Shown piece after piece: positions 39,280-51,619 of a DNA stretch of 64,000 nucleotides; position 1 is the first letter of the stretch, and every line of letters begins with the position of its first letter. A program made the position numbers and the translations under genes. Below the pieces are notes generated by a model. It made no database searches. It was not told the origin of the DNA and was given only the letters and a program-made list of their open reading frames with translations. This DNA comes from Squalus acanthias. Lineage: Eukaryota. The stretch is taken from contig CM059432.1 in assembly GCA_030390025.1 (NCBI GenBank), forward strand, positions 2,604,001 to 2,668,000. The letters run 5' to 3'.

Positions 39280-39610
39280 ACGCTTCCGGATTCTGACTCC
39301 ACCAATCAGCGGGCGAGCCTGGGAGGGGAATCCCGGCTGCCGTCACCGCGGCGCATGCGCATTCAATAAACCCGACGCCTGCCACTGAGGGCGGCGCATG
39401 CGCGTCACGCCCATAAACGGCATCGGAGGACGACGGCGCATGCGCATTAAAGCGCTACGCGTCACAGAAAGACGGCAGCGCATGCGCGTTAAAGCGCTTC
39501 GAGTCACCGAAACCCGGCAGCGCATGCGCGTTAACCCACCAAAGGCCGTGGAAAGGCTAGCGGCGCATGCGTGTTCGCGACCCATGCGTCGTGTTAAGAT
39601 GGCGGCGCCG
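39280..39610 (+). promoter_or_regulatory. TAF4B CpG-island promoter: ETS (CTTCCGG), CCAAT, six NRF1 palindromes, YY1 motif
   Basis: GCGCATGCGC at 39351, 39394, 39436, 39478 and 39520; GCGCATGCGT at 39563; AAGATGGCGGC at 39596-39606. Confidence 0.75.
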
Positions 39611-39812
39611 GTGCAGCGAGTCTTTTACTGAAGAGAAACTGAGAGCGCCATGGGCGGCCGTCCCGGCCCCGTCGCCAGGGTGGAATAAAAGGAACGACTC
39701 CCCCCGCAGCCCCGGGGGCAACTATGGGTTAAAAAGGGGGCCGGAGAGACCCGCCTCTCCCCCCCCCGGGACACTGGATGTGCGCCCGCCTGCACCAGGC
39801 CCACCCCCCAAA

Positions 39813-40335
39813 ATGGCGCGGCCGGCGGGCCCGGAGAGCGGCGGCCTGCTCCCCGCTCCGGCCCCCGCCCCGAGCCTCACCGCCGCCAACAACACTCACT
39901 CTCCCCAGCCCAGCACCGGCCTCCGCTCCCCCGCCCCACCGCCGCCCGCGGCCGCTAACGGGCCGGCGCTGCCAGCGCCGCTTGCGAACGGCGGGGCGCA
40001 CGTCCCGCCCGCCGCTCAGCGGCTCAGCCTCTCTGCCCCGGAGCCGGTGAGCAGAGTGGCCGCCTCGTCAATCTCCGCCGCCGCCGCCTCCACCACCCCG
40101 TCTCCCGCTCTCAAAGTCGTCCTGCTCACCGATCATGTCCGCCAGAATCAGGCCGGGCCCAATCCAGGCGCAGGCGGCCTGCTCGCTCCTTCCCCGGCGG
40201 CTGCTGCTCCGGCAACAGGTAGCCCGGCCCCCCGGGCTCCCCCCGCCACCGTGCAAAGGATCACCCTCTCTGCCCCGCAAATGAAAGCGCCTCAAGCAAC
40301 AGGACAGATACTGCAAAACTTCCAGGTCCCTGCAG
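39813..40335 (+). CDS. TAF4B: TAF4-family TFIID subunit (TAF4B by synteny) coding exon 1; start codon inferred
   Basis: aaaATGG in a CpG island; Pro/Ala-rich sequence ending ...ILQNFQVPA G|gtaagg, like TAF4 QNFQLPPG. Phase 1 matches the next exon. Confidence 0.78.
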
Positions 40336-40439
40336 GTAAGGAGGGAGCTCAGCGTGAGCTGCAAGGGAGAGGGTTTTCATTATTATTAAGGAGTTTTAAG
40401 ATTGCACGGTGCTCAATACATGGCTGTAGTGACCGTATG

Positions 40440-41840
40440 TGTTGCTCCAGTGCGTCTGTGTTACACGTTGCTCCAGTGTGTGTCTGTGTTGCACGTTGCC
40501 CCAGTGTGTGTCTGTGTTGCACGTTGCCCCAGTGTGTGTCTGTGTTGCAAGTTGCCCCAGTGTGTGTGTCTGTGTTGCACGTTGCTCCAGTGTGTGTGTC
40601 TGTGTTACACGTTGCCCCAGTGTGTGTCTGTGTTGCACGTTGCCCCAGTGTGTGTCTGTGTTGCACGTTGCCCCAGTGTGTGTCTGTGTTGCACGTTGCC
40701 CCAGTGTGTGTCTGTGTTGCACGTTGCCCCAGTGTGTGTCTGTGTTGCACGTTGCCCCAGTGTGTGTCTGTGTTGCACGTTGCCCCAGTGTGTGTCTGTG
40801 TTGCACGTTGCCCCAGTGTGTGTCTGTGTTGCACGTTGCTCTAGTGTGTGTCTGTGTTGCACGTTGCTCCAGTGTGTGTGTCTGTGTTGCACGTTGCTCC
40901 AGTGTGTGTGTCTGTGTTACACGTTGCCCCAGTGTGTGTCTGTGTTGCACGTTGCCCCAGTGTGTGTCTGTGTTGCACGTTGCCCCAGTGTGTGTCTGTG
41001 TTGCACGTTGCCCCAGTGTGTGTCTGTGTTGCACGTTGCCCCAGTGTGTGTCTGTGTTGCACGTTGCCCCAGTGTGTGTCTGTGTTGCACGTTGCCCCAG
41101 TGTGTGTCTGTGTTGCACGTTGCCCCAGTGTGTGTCTGTGTTGCACGTTGCCCCAGTGTGTGTCTGTGTTGCACGTTGCCCCAGTGTGTGTCTGTGTTGC
41201 ACGTTGCCCCAGTGTGTGTCTGTGTTGCACGTTGCCCCAGTGTGTGTCTGTGTTGCACGTTGCCCCAGTGTGTGTCTGTGTTGCACGTTGCCCCAGTGTG
41301 TGTCTGTGTTGCACGTTGCCCCAGTGTGTGTCTGTGTTGCACGTTGCCCCAGTGTGTGTCTGTGTTGCACGTTGCCCCAGTGTGTGTCTGTGTTGCACGT
41401 TGCCCCAGTGTGTGTCTGTGTTGCACGTTGCCCCAGTGTGTGTCTGTGTTGCACGTTGCCCCAGTGTGTGTCTGTGTTGCACGTTGCCCCAGTGTGTGTC
41501 TGTGTTGCACGTTGCCCCAGTGTGTGTCTGTGTTGCACGTTGCCCCAGTGTGTGTCTGTGTTGCACGTTGCCCCAGTGTGTGTCTGTGTTGCACGTTGCC
41601 CTAGTGTGTGTCTGTGTTGCACGTTGCTCCAGTGTGTGTGTCTGTGTTGCACGTTGCCCCAGTGTGTGTGTCTGTGTTGCACGTTGCCCCAGTGTGTGTG
41701 TCTGTGTTGCACGTTGCCCCAGTGTGTGTGTCTGTGTTGCACGTTGCCCCAGTGTGTGTCTGTGTTGCACGTTGCCCCAGTGTGTGTCTGTGTTGCACGT
41801 TGCCCCAGTGTGTGTGTGTGTGTGTGTCTGTGTTGCCCGT
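40440..41840. repeat. 28-bp minisatellite (about 49 copies) in TAF4B intron 1
   Basis: Unit TGCCCCAGTGTGTGTCTGTGTTGCACGT, with 30-bp variants at the edges. Confidence 0.97.
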
Positions 41841-42731
41841 TGCTCCCGTGAGTTGCTTGTTCCTGAGTTGGTGTGTTGCACATCGCTCCAGTGTGTGTGT
41901 GCGCGGCACGTCGCTCAAACACCGCAGCCAATTTGCGCACAGCAAGCTCCCACAAGCAGCAATCTGATAATGACCAGATAATCTGTTTTTTAGTGATGTT
42001 CTTTGAGGGATAAATATTGGCCAGGACACCGGAGATAACTTCCCTGCTCCTCTTCGATATAGTGCTGTGGGATCTTTTACATCCACCCAAGAGGTTTAAC
42101 GTTTCATCTGAAAGACGGCCCCTCCGACAGTGCAGCACTCCCTCAGGAGTGCCAGCCTAGCTTTATGTGCTCAAGTCTCTGGAGTGGGACTTGAACCCAC
42201 AGCCTTCTGACTCAGAGGCGAGAGCGCTGCCCACTGAGTCATGGCCACAGTTGGAGAGTTATTTCATTTTAGACAAAATCATTTTAAAATGGAAAACTTT
42301 AGCACTTTCCTACAAAAGCTAAATACTGCCGATGCTAGAAATCTCAAATAAAAACAAAGTGCTGGGAATACTCTGCAGGTCAGGCAGCATCTGTGGAGAG
42401 AGAAACAAAGTTAACGTTTCAGGTCAATTAACTTCCATCGGTGTTCTAAGAATCTGATGCTGGCAGTTACTGTCGAGGTTGTACGCCAGGGCTGATGACC
42501 AGATTTATATTTTTTGAACATTGCGACTTTTGGGACGAGGTTGTGCAGAAGTTTTGCATGCAGTCCATGCACCTGTACACGCAGTTCATGTCCTGTCCAG
42601 AGTGACCTAACGATACAATAATGCTGCCAGTACACGCTGTAAAGGACCCTGTGCGAAATGAGTTTTTGGACAGTGGGATGCAGTTCCGTTTTACGTGGGT
42701 CGTTGAGTAACTTGTCTGTGTTGCCTTACAG

Positions 42732-42904
42732 GTATGGTGCTTGTGCGGAGTGACAGCGGGCAGCTCGTGCTGGTTCCACAGAAAGCCATTGCTCAGGCTC
42801 AGGCCCAGGCCCAGGCGAAGGCGAGAGCTCAAGCGCACGGTATCGGAACCGCCTCGCCGGCAGCACCAACCAGCGCACTCTCGGTCCGAGTTTCTACTGC
42901 ACCG
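42732..42904 (+). CDS. TAF4B: TAF4B exon 2
   Basis: ttacag|GTATG...GCACCG|gtaggg; MVLVRSDSGQLVLVPQKAIAQAQAQ..., compare TAF4 MVLVRSENGQLLMIPQQALAQ. Confidence 0.88.
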
Positions 42905-43002
42905 GTAGGGAGGTTGAACGTTTGACCGATCCAACTTAAATTTGCTGCTTTTCGTTGCTGGCTATGTCAGTGTTTCACTTATTATTCTGGGTTTAATGCT
43001 AG

Positions 43003-43113
43003 GCAACTGGAACCCAGAAACTTCCCAATCAGGTGAAGCCACCGAATGTCCAGCAGAAGTTGCAAACCACAGTCCAGACAACTGCTGTACCGCAGCGCAT
43101 CACAGTAGTGCAG
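43003..43113 (+). CDS. TAF4B: TAF4B exon 3
   Basis: gctag|GCAACT...GTGCAG|gtgagc; ATGTQKLPNQVKPPNVQQKLQTTVQTTAVPQRITVVQ, compare TAF4 APGTP...QTTVQPSATLQRSPGVQ; 111 nt. Confidence 0.82.
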
Positions 43114-45441
43114 GTGAGCAGCGTTCTTTTAAAAAGAAAGACAGACTCGCATTCCTATAGCGCCTTTCACGACCACCGGTCATCCCAAAGCGCTCAACAG
43201 CCAGTGAAGTACGTTTTGAAGCGTAGTCACTGTTGTAATGTAGGAAACGCGGCAGCTGATTTGAGTATAGCAAGATCCCACAAACAGCAGTGTGATACTG
43301 ACCAGATAATCTGTTTTTGTGATGTTGATTGAGGGATAAATATTGCCCTGGACGCCGGGGAGAACTCCCCTGCTCTTCTTCAAAATAGTGCCATGGGATC
43401 TTTTACGTCCACCTGAGAGAGCAGACGGGGCCTCAGTTTAACGTCTCATCCAAAAGACAGCCCCTCCGACAGTGCGGCACTCCCTCAGCACTGCACTGGA
43501 GTGTCAGCCTAGATTTGTGCTCAAGTCTCTGGAGTGGGACTTGAACCCCCAACCTTCTGACTCGGAGGTTAGAGTGCTGCCCACTGAGCCAGGGCTGACA
43601 CTAAATGAAATGACTTGATCTAAAGCTGTGACTTTTTAAAATTGCAAAAATGTGTGTAAAATTCTGAATTCTGCTATACCCATTTTCTATTGAAATGCTT
43701 AAAATCGAATTTTGGCATTGTCGGCCGTGGCTCAGTGGGTAGCGCACTCACTTCTTCTGAGTCAGAAGGTTGTGGGTTCAAGTCCCACTCCAGAGACTTG
43801 AGCACAAAAATCTAGGCTGACACTCCAGTGTAGTGCTGAGGGAGCGCTGCACTGTCGCAGGTGCCGTCTTTCGGACGAAACGTTAACCCTCTGAGGTGGG
43901 CTTAAAAGATCCCATGACCACAATTTTGAAGAGCAGGGGAGTTCTCCCCGGTGTCCTGGGGCCAATATTTATCCCTCAATCAACATAACAAAAACCAGAT
44001 TATCTGGTCATTATCACATGGCTGTTTGTGGGAACTTGCTGTGCACTAATTGGCTGCCGCGTTTCCTACATAAGCTTTTTTTGTTGTTTGCGCCAACTAC
44101 CTTTTAACAAAGTTGCAGAAGTCACAGATGTGACATTTTTTGTTAAATTGAGTTTGCTTTATCCAGCTTGATATTTTTCTCTGGCTGTCTGTGTTCTGGA
44201 GGAAGTTGGCAAAAGTTTGTACATGGCCATAAATTTGCTGTGATAGATTCTTGTAGAATTACACTGAATGTACAGCACAGAAACAGGCCATTCGACCCAA
44301 CATGCTGGCCTCCTCCCACCCATCTTCATCTCACCCTATCACATACCCTTCTAGTTCTAGATTATTGACTTGACTATTCCAACGCAGCCCTGGCCGTCTT
44401 CCCACATTCCACCCTAAGTAAACTTGAGATCATCCAAAACTCTGCTGCCCGTGTCCTAACTCGCACCAAGTCCTGTTCACCCATCACCCCCTGTGCTCAC
44501 TGACCTACATTGGCTCCCGGTTAAGCAGCGCCTCAATTTCAAAATTCTCATCCTTGTTTTCAAATCCCTCCTTGGCCTCGACTCCTCCCTATCTCTGTAA
44601 ACTCCTTCAACCCCACAACCCCCTGAGTTATCTGCGCTCCTCTAATTCTGGCTTCTTGAGCATCCCCCGATTATAATCGCTCCACCATTGGCGGCCGTGC
44701 CTTCTGTTGCCTAGGCCCTAAGCTCTGGAATTCCCTCCCTAAACCTCTCCGCCTCTCTCTCCTCCTTTTAAGATGCTCCTTAAAACCTACCTCTTTGACC
44801 AAGCTTTTGGTCACCTGCCCTAATTTCTCCTGATGTGGTTCGGTGCCAAATTTTTTTGTCTTAAAATACTCCTGTGAAGCGCCTTGGGATGTTTTACTAC
44901 GTTAAAGGCGCTATATAAATGCAAGTTGTTACTGGTTTGTGATTTTTTTTTTAAGTAGTTTGTCCTGTATTCAAATATTGCAAATGTGCAATGTGAAGTG
45001 TTTCCTTGCAACGGGTGGATGTAAAAGATCCCACGGCACTATTGCAAAGAAGAGATGGGGAGTTCTCCCCGGTGTCCTGGGCCAATATTGATCCCTCAAC
45101 CAACATCACTATAAAACCGATTATCTGGTCGTTATCACATTGCTGTGTGTGGGAGCTTGCTGTGCGCAAATTGGTTGCCACGTTTCCTACATTACAACAG
45201 TGACTACACTTCAAAAAGTACTTCATTGGCTGTAAAGCGCTTTGGGACATCTGGTGGTCATGAAAGGCGCTGGAGAAATGCAAGTCTTTTTTATTTTCAA
45301 TCGGTATACTATTTTCTATTTGTGACAAACATTAACTCGATGTCTGCTAATAAATGGTTTTTCTAATAAACAGAAGTATTAATTACACAGCGAGGTACAT
45401 GCGGCAGCTTTTAATTGCTCCGTTATTTTAATATCATTAAG

Positions 45442-45549
45442 CCGCAGACTGCGGGTGGAGCAGTTGCAGCCAAGACTGTGCCGACCGTCACCCAGAAACA
45501 AGCACCGGGACCAGCCGCTGTGCCAGTTACGCCGACCAGTGCTACGCCG
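45442..45549 (+). CDS. TAF4B: TAF4B exon 4 (alternative in-frame acceptor at 45448)
   Basis: attaag|CCGCAG...ACGCCG|gtaagg; PQTAGGAVAAKTVPTVTQKQAPGPAAVPVTPTSATP; phase 0/0; position matches TAF4 PQLVLGGAAQ...SSAAT. Confidence 0.75.
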
Positions 45550-47612
45550 GTAAGGTTATCAAACTGAGCTGAAATTAAAAGCACTTTTTCTTCATGTCTG
45601 AGCTAGCTGGGTGAATATTCTCCCGCAGCAATGGTGAGCAATGTTTGCTGTGAGCCGCGCAGCGCTCCAGGGAACCCGCGCAGCTGGCTTTTCAATACAA
45701 AAACCGCTCGTGCGCAGTATTTGAACGGCCCCCCCACAGCCCCTTAAAGGGGCCGCGCAGGGCCAAACGAAATTAGAGGGGACATTGGTGAGTGCAGCAT
45801 AAACTGCTGCATCGAGTCAACTAGGGCCCCCTAGGTTTCTTTCAACTTCACCTTCCCATTTTACACTGTTCGCAGTGTTGCCTGTTTATTCTTGCTTTCT
45901 GCAGAGGATGTCGCATTTGTCCATATTGCATTTCACCTGACATTAGAAGCGTAGAATCGTACAGCACAGGAAGACGCCATTCGGCCAATCGCGCCTGTGA
46001 AAGAGCTCTCCTGACGGCCCGTTCCAGCCCATCCGTTTCGCTGACTTCTGATGTCGACTACTTGCATCCACTTGCCCTCGATAATCTCCTTTTGGCTGCC
46101 CCTGGACGTTCCTCTACCCTCCCCTCTAAAGCCACAACGCTTGTTTGTTTTTTTTTAACCAATTTGGCAATTTTCACATCCCTTGCCCCCTTTTTACTGT
46201 TCCTGGCTCCCTCATAAGGAAACAGCCATAATAAACACGCCTCAGAACCTCCAGACTAGGAACTCGGGAGCAAGAGGAGGCCATTCATCCCTTCGAGCCT
46301 GTTCCGCCATTCAGTTAGATCATGGCTGATCTGTATCTCCACTCCATCCACCCGTCTTGGTTCCATCTCCCTTAATAGCCTGACTTTACACAAATCTCCG
46401 CAATCCCCGTGTTGAAATTTTCAATTGACCGCCAGCCTCAACAGTTTGTGGGGGAGGGGGGTGTTGCAGATTTCCACCTACCCTTTGTGTGACGAAGTGC
46501 TTCCTCACATCACCCCTGAACAGCCTGGCTCTAATTTTAAGGTCATGCCTCCTTGTTGTGGACTCCCCCCACCAGAGGAAATGGTTTCTCTCTCTCTACC
46601 CGATCAAATCCTTCAATCATTTGAGCTTGAGTGTTCCTCCTTTGATTTTACTTCTGCGGGTGACTTTAAATGAGCTGCTCTCGGCCATCCTTCCCCCTCC
46701 TATTTTTATTTCACTGAAGTGGATGTCTTTTACCGTTTTTCAGTCAGTTGCTTCCTGTTCTGCGTAGGATTGCCGCTTTCTTCAGCCGAGTGTTCCCCTT
46801 TTAATTCTCCCACCTATTCTTCACGCCGCTCCCAGGATTCTGTAGATTGGTGCTTTCCGACTGCAATTGTATTTCTCTTCTAAAACTTGTTCGACCCCAT
46901 CTGGAGTACTGTATTCAGTTGCCGCATTTGTTAACAAAATTGAGCGTGCATGGAATAGGAGGCAACCTATTATCCTGGGTGGGGAAATTGGTTCGGAGGT
47001 AGGAGTTAGAGAGGAGAGATAATGGCTATGTACTCCAATTGGCAGGATGTGACAGTGGTGCTCCCCAGAGATCTGTGCTTGGGGTCTCCGATTTCCAAAG
47101 TATTTATAAATGACATGGATGAAAGAAGAGAGAGCTGTATATCCAAGTTTGCTGACGACTCCAAGTTGGGTGGCACAGTAAATAGTGCAGGTCATAGAAT
47201 CTTGCTCCATGGAAGGAGGCCCTTCGGCCCGTCGTGCCTATGCCAGCTCTTTGAAAGAGCTGTCCATTTTACTCCCACACCTCAGCTTTTTGCCCATAAC
47301 CCTGCAAATTGGTCCTCTTCAAGTACATGTCACAGAATCATAACGGCACAGAAGGAGGCCATTCGGCCCATCGAGTCCATGCCGGCTCTCTGCAGAGCAA
47401 TTGAGTCAGTCCCATTCCCCCGCTCTATGCCCGTAGCCCTGCAAGCCCTGTGTCCGCTGGTTCTCGACCCTCCCGCCAATGGGAACAGTTTCCCTCTATC
47501 TACTCTGTCTAGACCCCTCATGATTTTGAACACCTCTATCAAATCTCCTCTCGACCTTCTCTGCTCCAAGGAGAACAACCCCAGCTTCTCCAGTCTATCC
47601 ACGTAACTGAAG

Positions 47613-49557
47613 TCATAGAGTCATAACGGCACAGAAGGAGGCCATTTGGCCCATCGAGTCCGCGCCGGCTCTCAGCGGAGCAATCCAGTCAGTCCCACTC
47701 CCCCGCTCTATCCCCGTAGCCCTGCAAGTTTATTTCCCTCAAGTGCATATCCAGTCTCCTCTTGAAAACATTGAGTATCTCCGCTTCCACCACTTCCACT
47801 GGCAGCGAATTCCAGGTCCTCACCACTCGCTGTGTAAAAAAGTTTTTCCTCACATCCCCCCTGTATCTCTTGCCCAAAACCTTAAATCTGTGTCCCCTAG
47901 TCCTTGTACCATCAACTAGTGGGAACAGCCTCTCCCCATCTAGCCTATCCAAACCTGTCATAATCTTGAACACCTCTATCAAATCACCCCTCAGCCTCCC
48001 TTTCTTTGGTTCCCTTACCCTTCCCTCTTGTTGGAATGTACTTCCCTCTTGTTGGAATGTACCTAGCCTGTACTTGGAACATCTCCTCCTTAAAGATCAC
48101 CCATGTTACAGTTTTTCCTGTCAGTCTTTGGTTCCATTTTACCCTGGCTAGATCCTTTCGCATCCCATTGAAGTTAGCCCTATTCCAGTTTAGAAGTTCC
48201 ACTCTAGATTGTTCCTTGCTCCTCTCCATTGCTAATCTAAATCTTATGATACGATGATCACTCGTACCCAAGTGTTCTCCCACAGACACTTGGTCGACCT
48301 GGCCCACCTCATTCCCCAGCACCAGATCCAGCAATGCCTCCTTCCTAGTTGGGCCAAGAACATACTGGTCAAGGAATTTCTCCTGAACACATTTCAGAAA
48401 TTCCTCCCCCTCCTTTCCCTTTACCTTAGCATTAACCCAATCGATATTTGGGTGATTAAAGCCCCCCAATATCACCACTCTATAGCTCTTGCATATCTCT
48501 GCGATTTCCCTGCAGATTTGCTCCTCTACCTCCCTCTCACTATTTGGAGGCCTGTAGAATACCCCCAATATGGTGATCTTATCCTTTTTGCTCCTCAACT
48601 CTAACCAAATGGATTCTGTCCTTGTCCCCTCAAGAACATCCTCCCGTCCCCTCAAGAACATCCTCCCTTTCCAACACTACAATGTCTTCCTTAATCAGCA
48701 CTGCCACCCCACCTCCCTTTTTTCCTTCCCTATCTTTTCTGAGCACCTTGTAACCTTGAATATTAAGTGCCCAGTCCTCACTTTTTAAGCCATGTTTTCG
48801 TTATTGCCACAACATCATATTGCCACACGGCTAATTGTGCTTGTAGCTCACCAACCTTATTCACCACACTTTGTGCGTTTACGTACATGCATTCTCAACC
48901 CATTTTTGAATTTTTGGTAGTCTTTTAGTCTGCTCCTATCTAATATGTTACTACTACCGCCTCTAGTACTATCCAACACACTAACTCTTTTATGCACCTT
49001 ATTCCTCTTTTCTACTCCTATATGTTGGTGCCCACCCCCCTGCCAAGCTAGTTTAAACCCTCCCCAACAGCATTAGCAAAGCTCCCCGCGAGAATATTGG
49101 TCCCGGCTCTGTTGAGGTCTAACCCGTCTGGCTTGTACAGGTCCCACCTTCCCCAGAAATGGTCCCAATGCCTCAGGAATCTAAAGCCCTCCCTCCTGCA
49201 CCATCTCTCCAGCCACGCATTCATCCTCCTATTCCTGTACTCACCAGTACGTGGCACCGGGAGTAATCCGGAGATTACTACCTTTGAGGTCCTGCTTTTT
49301 AATATCTTTCCTAGCTCCCTAAACTCTGCCTGCAGGACCTCATCCCTCTTTCTGCCTATGTCGTTGGTACCGATATGGACAACGACCTCTGGCTGTTGAC
49401 CCTCCCCCCTCAGAGTGCAGCCACTCAGTGACATCCTTGACCCTGGCACCAGGGAGGCAACATACCATCCTGGAGTCAGGTCTGCGGCCGCAGAAACGCC
49501 TGTCTGCTCTGCTAACTGTCGAATCCCCTACCACTATTGCTCTTCCACTCTTTTTCT

Positions 49558-49600
<43 letters not shown>

Positions 49601-51050
49601 GCTGTGCAGCTGAGCCACCCGTGGTGCCGTGGACTTATCTCTGGCTGCACTCCCCAGAGGGACCATCGCCCTCACCAGTATTCAGAACAGAATACTGTTT
49701 GGAGAGCAAGATGCACACCCGGGACTCCTGCACTACCTGCCTGGTCTTCCTCTTCTGTCTGGCGGTCACCCATTCCCTCACTGCCTGCACACTCTTAAGC
49801 TGCGGGGTGACCATCTCCAGAAACGTGCTGTCCACGTAATTCTCAGCCTCGCGGATGCATTGCAGTGACTCCAGCTGCCGCTCAAGCTCTGAAACACTGA
49901 TCTCGAGCTGCCGCAGCTGGTGACACTTCCAGCACATGTGGTCATCCAGGCCACGCGAAGCATCCTGAACTTCCCGCATGGCACAGGATGTGCACTCCAC
50001 GGGACTGAGCTGCCCTGCCAAACCTCTATTTAATAGACTAAGAACTAACTTAGCAGAAATAAACTTAAAACTTTAAAAAAAAACTCACCAGCTACTCACC
50101 AAAAAAACTCACCAGCTACTCACCAATCAGCTCCTTCCCTTGTGCTGTCGTCACTTTTTATACTCTGACGTCACTCTTTCGGATTCTGCCTCTGTTGAGT
50201 TACTGCGCCTCTCGCTCTGCTCCCGCTCTGGTCTCGCCCAGCTCCGCTGCCTCCTCTTCCTCTCGCGCTCTTTATAGCGCCGCTGCTCCAGGTCCTCTTG
50301 CGCTCTTTACAGTGCCGCTGCTCTTGCTGCTCCTCTCGCCGCTGCTCTCGCGCTCAAAACAGCGCCGCTGCTCTCGCTACTCTCGCCGCTCCTCTCGCGC
50401 TCTTTACAGCGCCGCTCCTCTCGCGCTCTTTACAGCGCCGCTCCTCTCGCGCTCTTTACAGCGCCGCTCCTCTCGCGCTCTTTACAGCGCCGCTCCTCTC
50501 GCGCGCTTTACAGCGCCGCTCCTCTCGCGCGCTTTACAGCGCCGCTCCTCTCGCGCGCTTTACAGCGCCGCTCCTCTCGCGCGCTTTACAGCGCCGCTCC
50601 TCTCGCGCGCTTTACAGCGCCGCTCCTCTCGCGCGCTTTACAGCGCCGCTCCTCTCGCGCGCTTTACAGCGCCGCTCCTCTCGCGCGCTTTACAGCGCCG
50701 CTCCTCTCGCGCGCTTTACAGCGCCGCTCCTCTCGCGCGCTTTACAGCGCCGCTCCTCTCGCGCGCTTTACAGCGCCGCTCCTCTCGCGCGCTTTACAGC
50801 GCCGCTCCTCTCGCGCGCTTTACAGCGCCGCTCCTCTCGCGCGCTTTACAGCGCCGCTCCTCTCGCGCGCTTTACAGCGCCGCTCCTCTCGCGCGCTTTA
50901 CAGCGCCGCTCCTCTCGCGCGCTTTACAGCGCCGCTCCTCTCGCGCGCTTTACAGCGCCGCTCCTCTCGCGCGCTTTACAGCGCCGCTCCTCTCGCGCGC
51001 TTTACAGCGCCGCTCCTCTCGCGCGCTTTACAGCGCCGCTCCTCTCGCTC
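47613..51050 (-). mobile_element. CR1 LINE retaining 5' UTR, ORF1 (zinc finger and SGNH esterase) and APE endonuclease, with most of the RT deleted
   Basis: Minus ORFs CTSC...CWKC (49635-50021), HIGTNDIG esterase (49048-49449), ESIWLEL...GVFYRPPNS (47984-48661), then a CR1 C-terminus (RTRGH...FFTQRVVRTWNSLP). Confidence 0.85.
50390..51050. repeat. 26-bp CpG-rich minisatellite (about 25 copies) at the CR1 5' end
   Basis: Unit CCTCTCGCGCGCTTTACAGCGCCGCT. Confidence 0.97.
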
Positions 51051-51496
51051 CCGCGTCTAATTGTCTTTTGAAAGTTCCGATGGAATCTGATTCCACCACC
51101 CCTTCAGGTAGTGTGTTCCAGATCATCATCATAACCCTCTGTGTAAAATAATTTAGTTCTACATTGTTACCTATATGACCCTGGTTTCGAGCCCACTTGC
51201 CAAAGGAAATAGTTTCCTTGGATGAGGTGCGGCGCAGATTCACCAGAATGATACCGGGGCTAAAAGGGTTAAATTATGAGGACCGGTTGCACAGACTAGG
51301 CTTGTATTCCCTCGAGTATAGAAGATTAAGGGGTGATCTAATCGGGGTGTTTAAGATGATTTGAAGGGTATGACTGGGTAGGTGGAGAAACTATTTCCTC
51401 TGGTGGGGGGAGTCCAGAACAAGAGGGCACAAGGTATTTGTGTATTTTGTCAAGGATTCTCTTGTGTTAATATTGTATGTAACTCTCTTTTTGTAG

Positions 51497-51619
51497 GAAA
51501 CTTTGGAAAATGTGAAGAAATGCAAGAACTTCCTTGCAACCTTAATTAAACTGGCTTCCAGTGGATCCCACTCACCACAGATGTCTAATAATGTGAAGGC
51601 TTTAGTGCAGAAGCTACTG
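51497..51619 (+). CDS. TAF4B: TAF4B exon 5 (TAFH domain start)
   Basis: ttgtag|GAAACT...CTACTG|gtgaga; ETLENVKKCKNFLATLIKLASSGSHSPQMSNNVKALVQKLL. Confidence 0.93.

Noticed and set aside
39351..39572. CRISPR-like pattern of a fixed repeat with variable spacers
   Set aside because: The repeat is only 10 bp, the spacers are related to each other, the context is a vertebrate CpG-island promoter, and there are no cas genes.
39567..39812. ATG at 39567 as the TAF4B start
   Set aside because: It lies inside an NRF1 site in weak context and probably upstream of the TSS; 39813 is preferred but unproven.
40349..42138. Cys/Val-rich and His/Thr-rich ORFs of 200-580 aa
   Set aside because: They come from the stop-free 28-bp tandem repeat, open in all frames, inside TAF4B intron 1.
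50195..51151. 318-aa and 257-aa ORFs
   Set aside because: They are translations of the 26-bp minisatellite.
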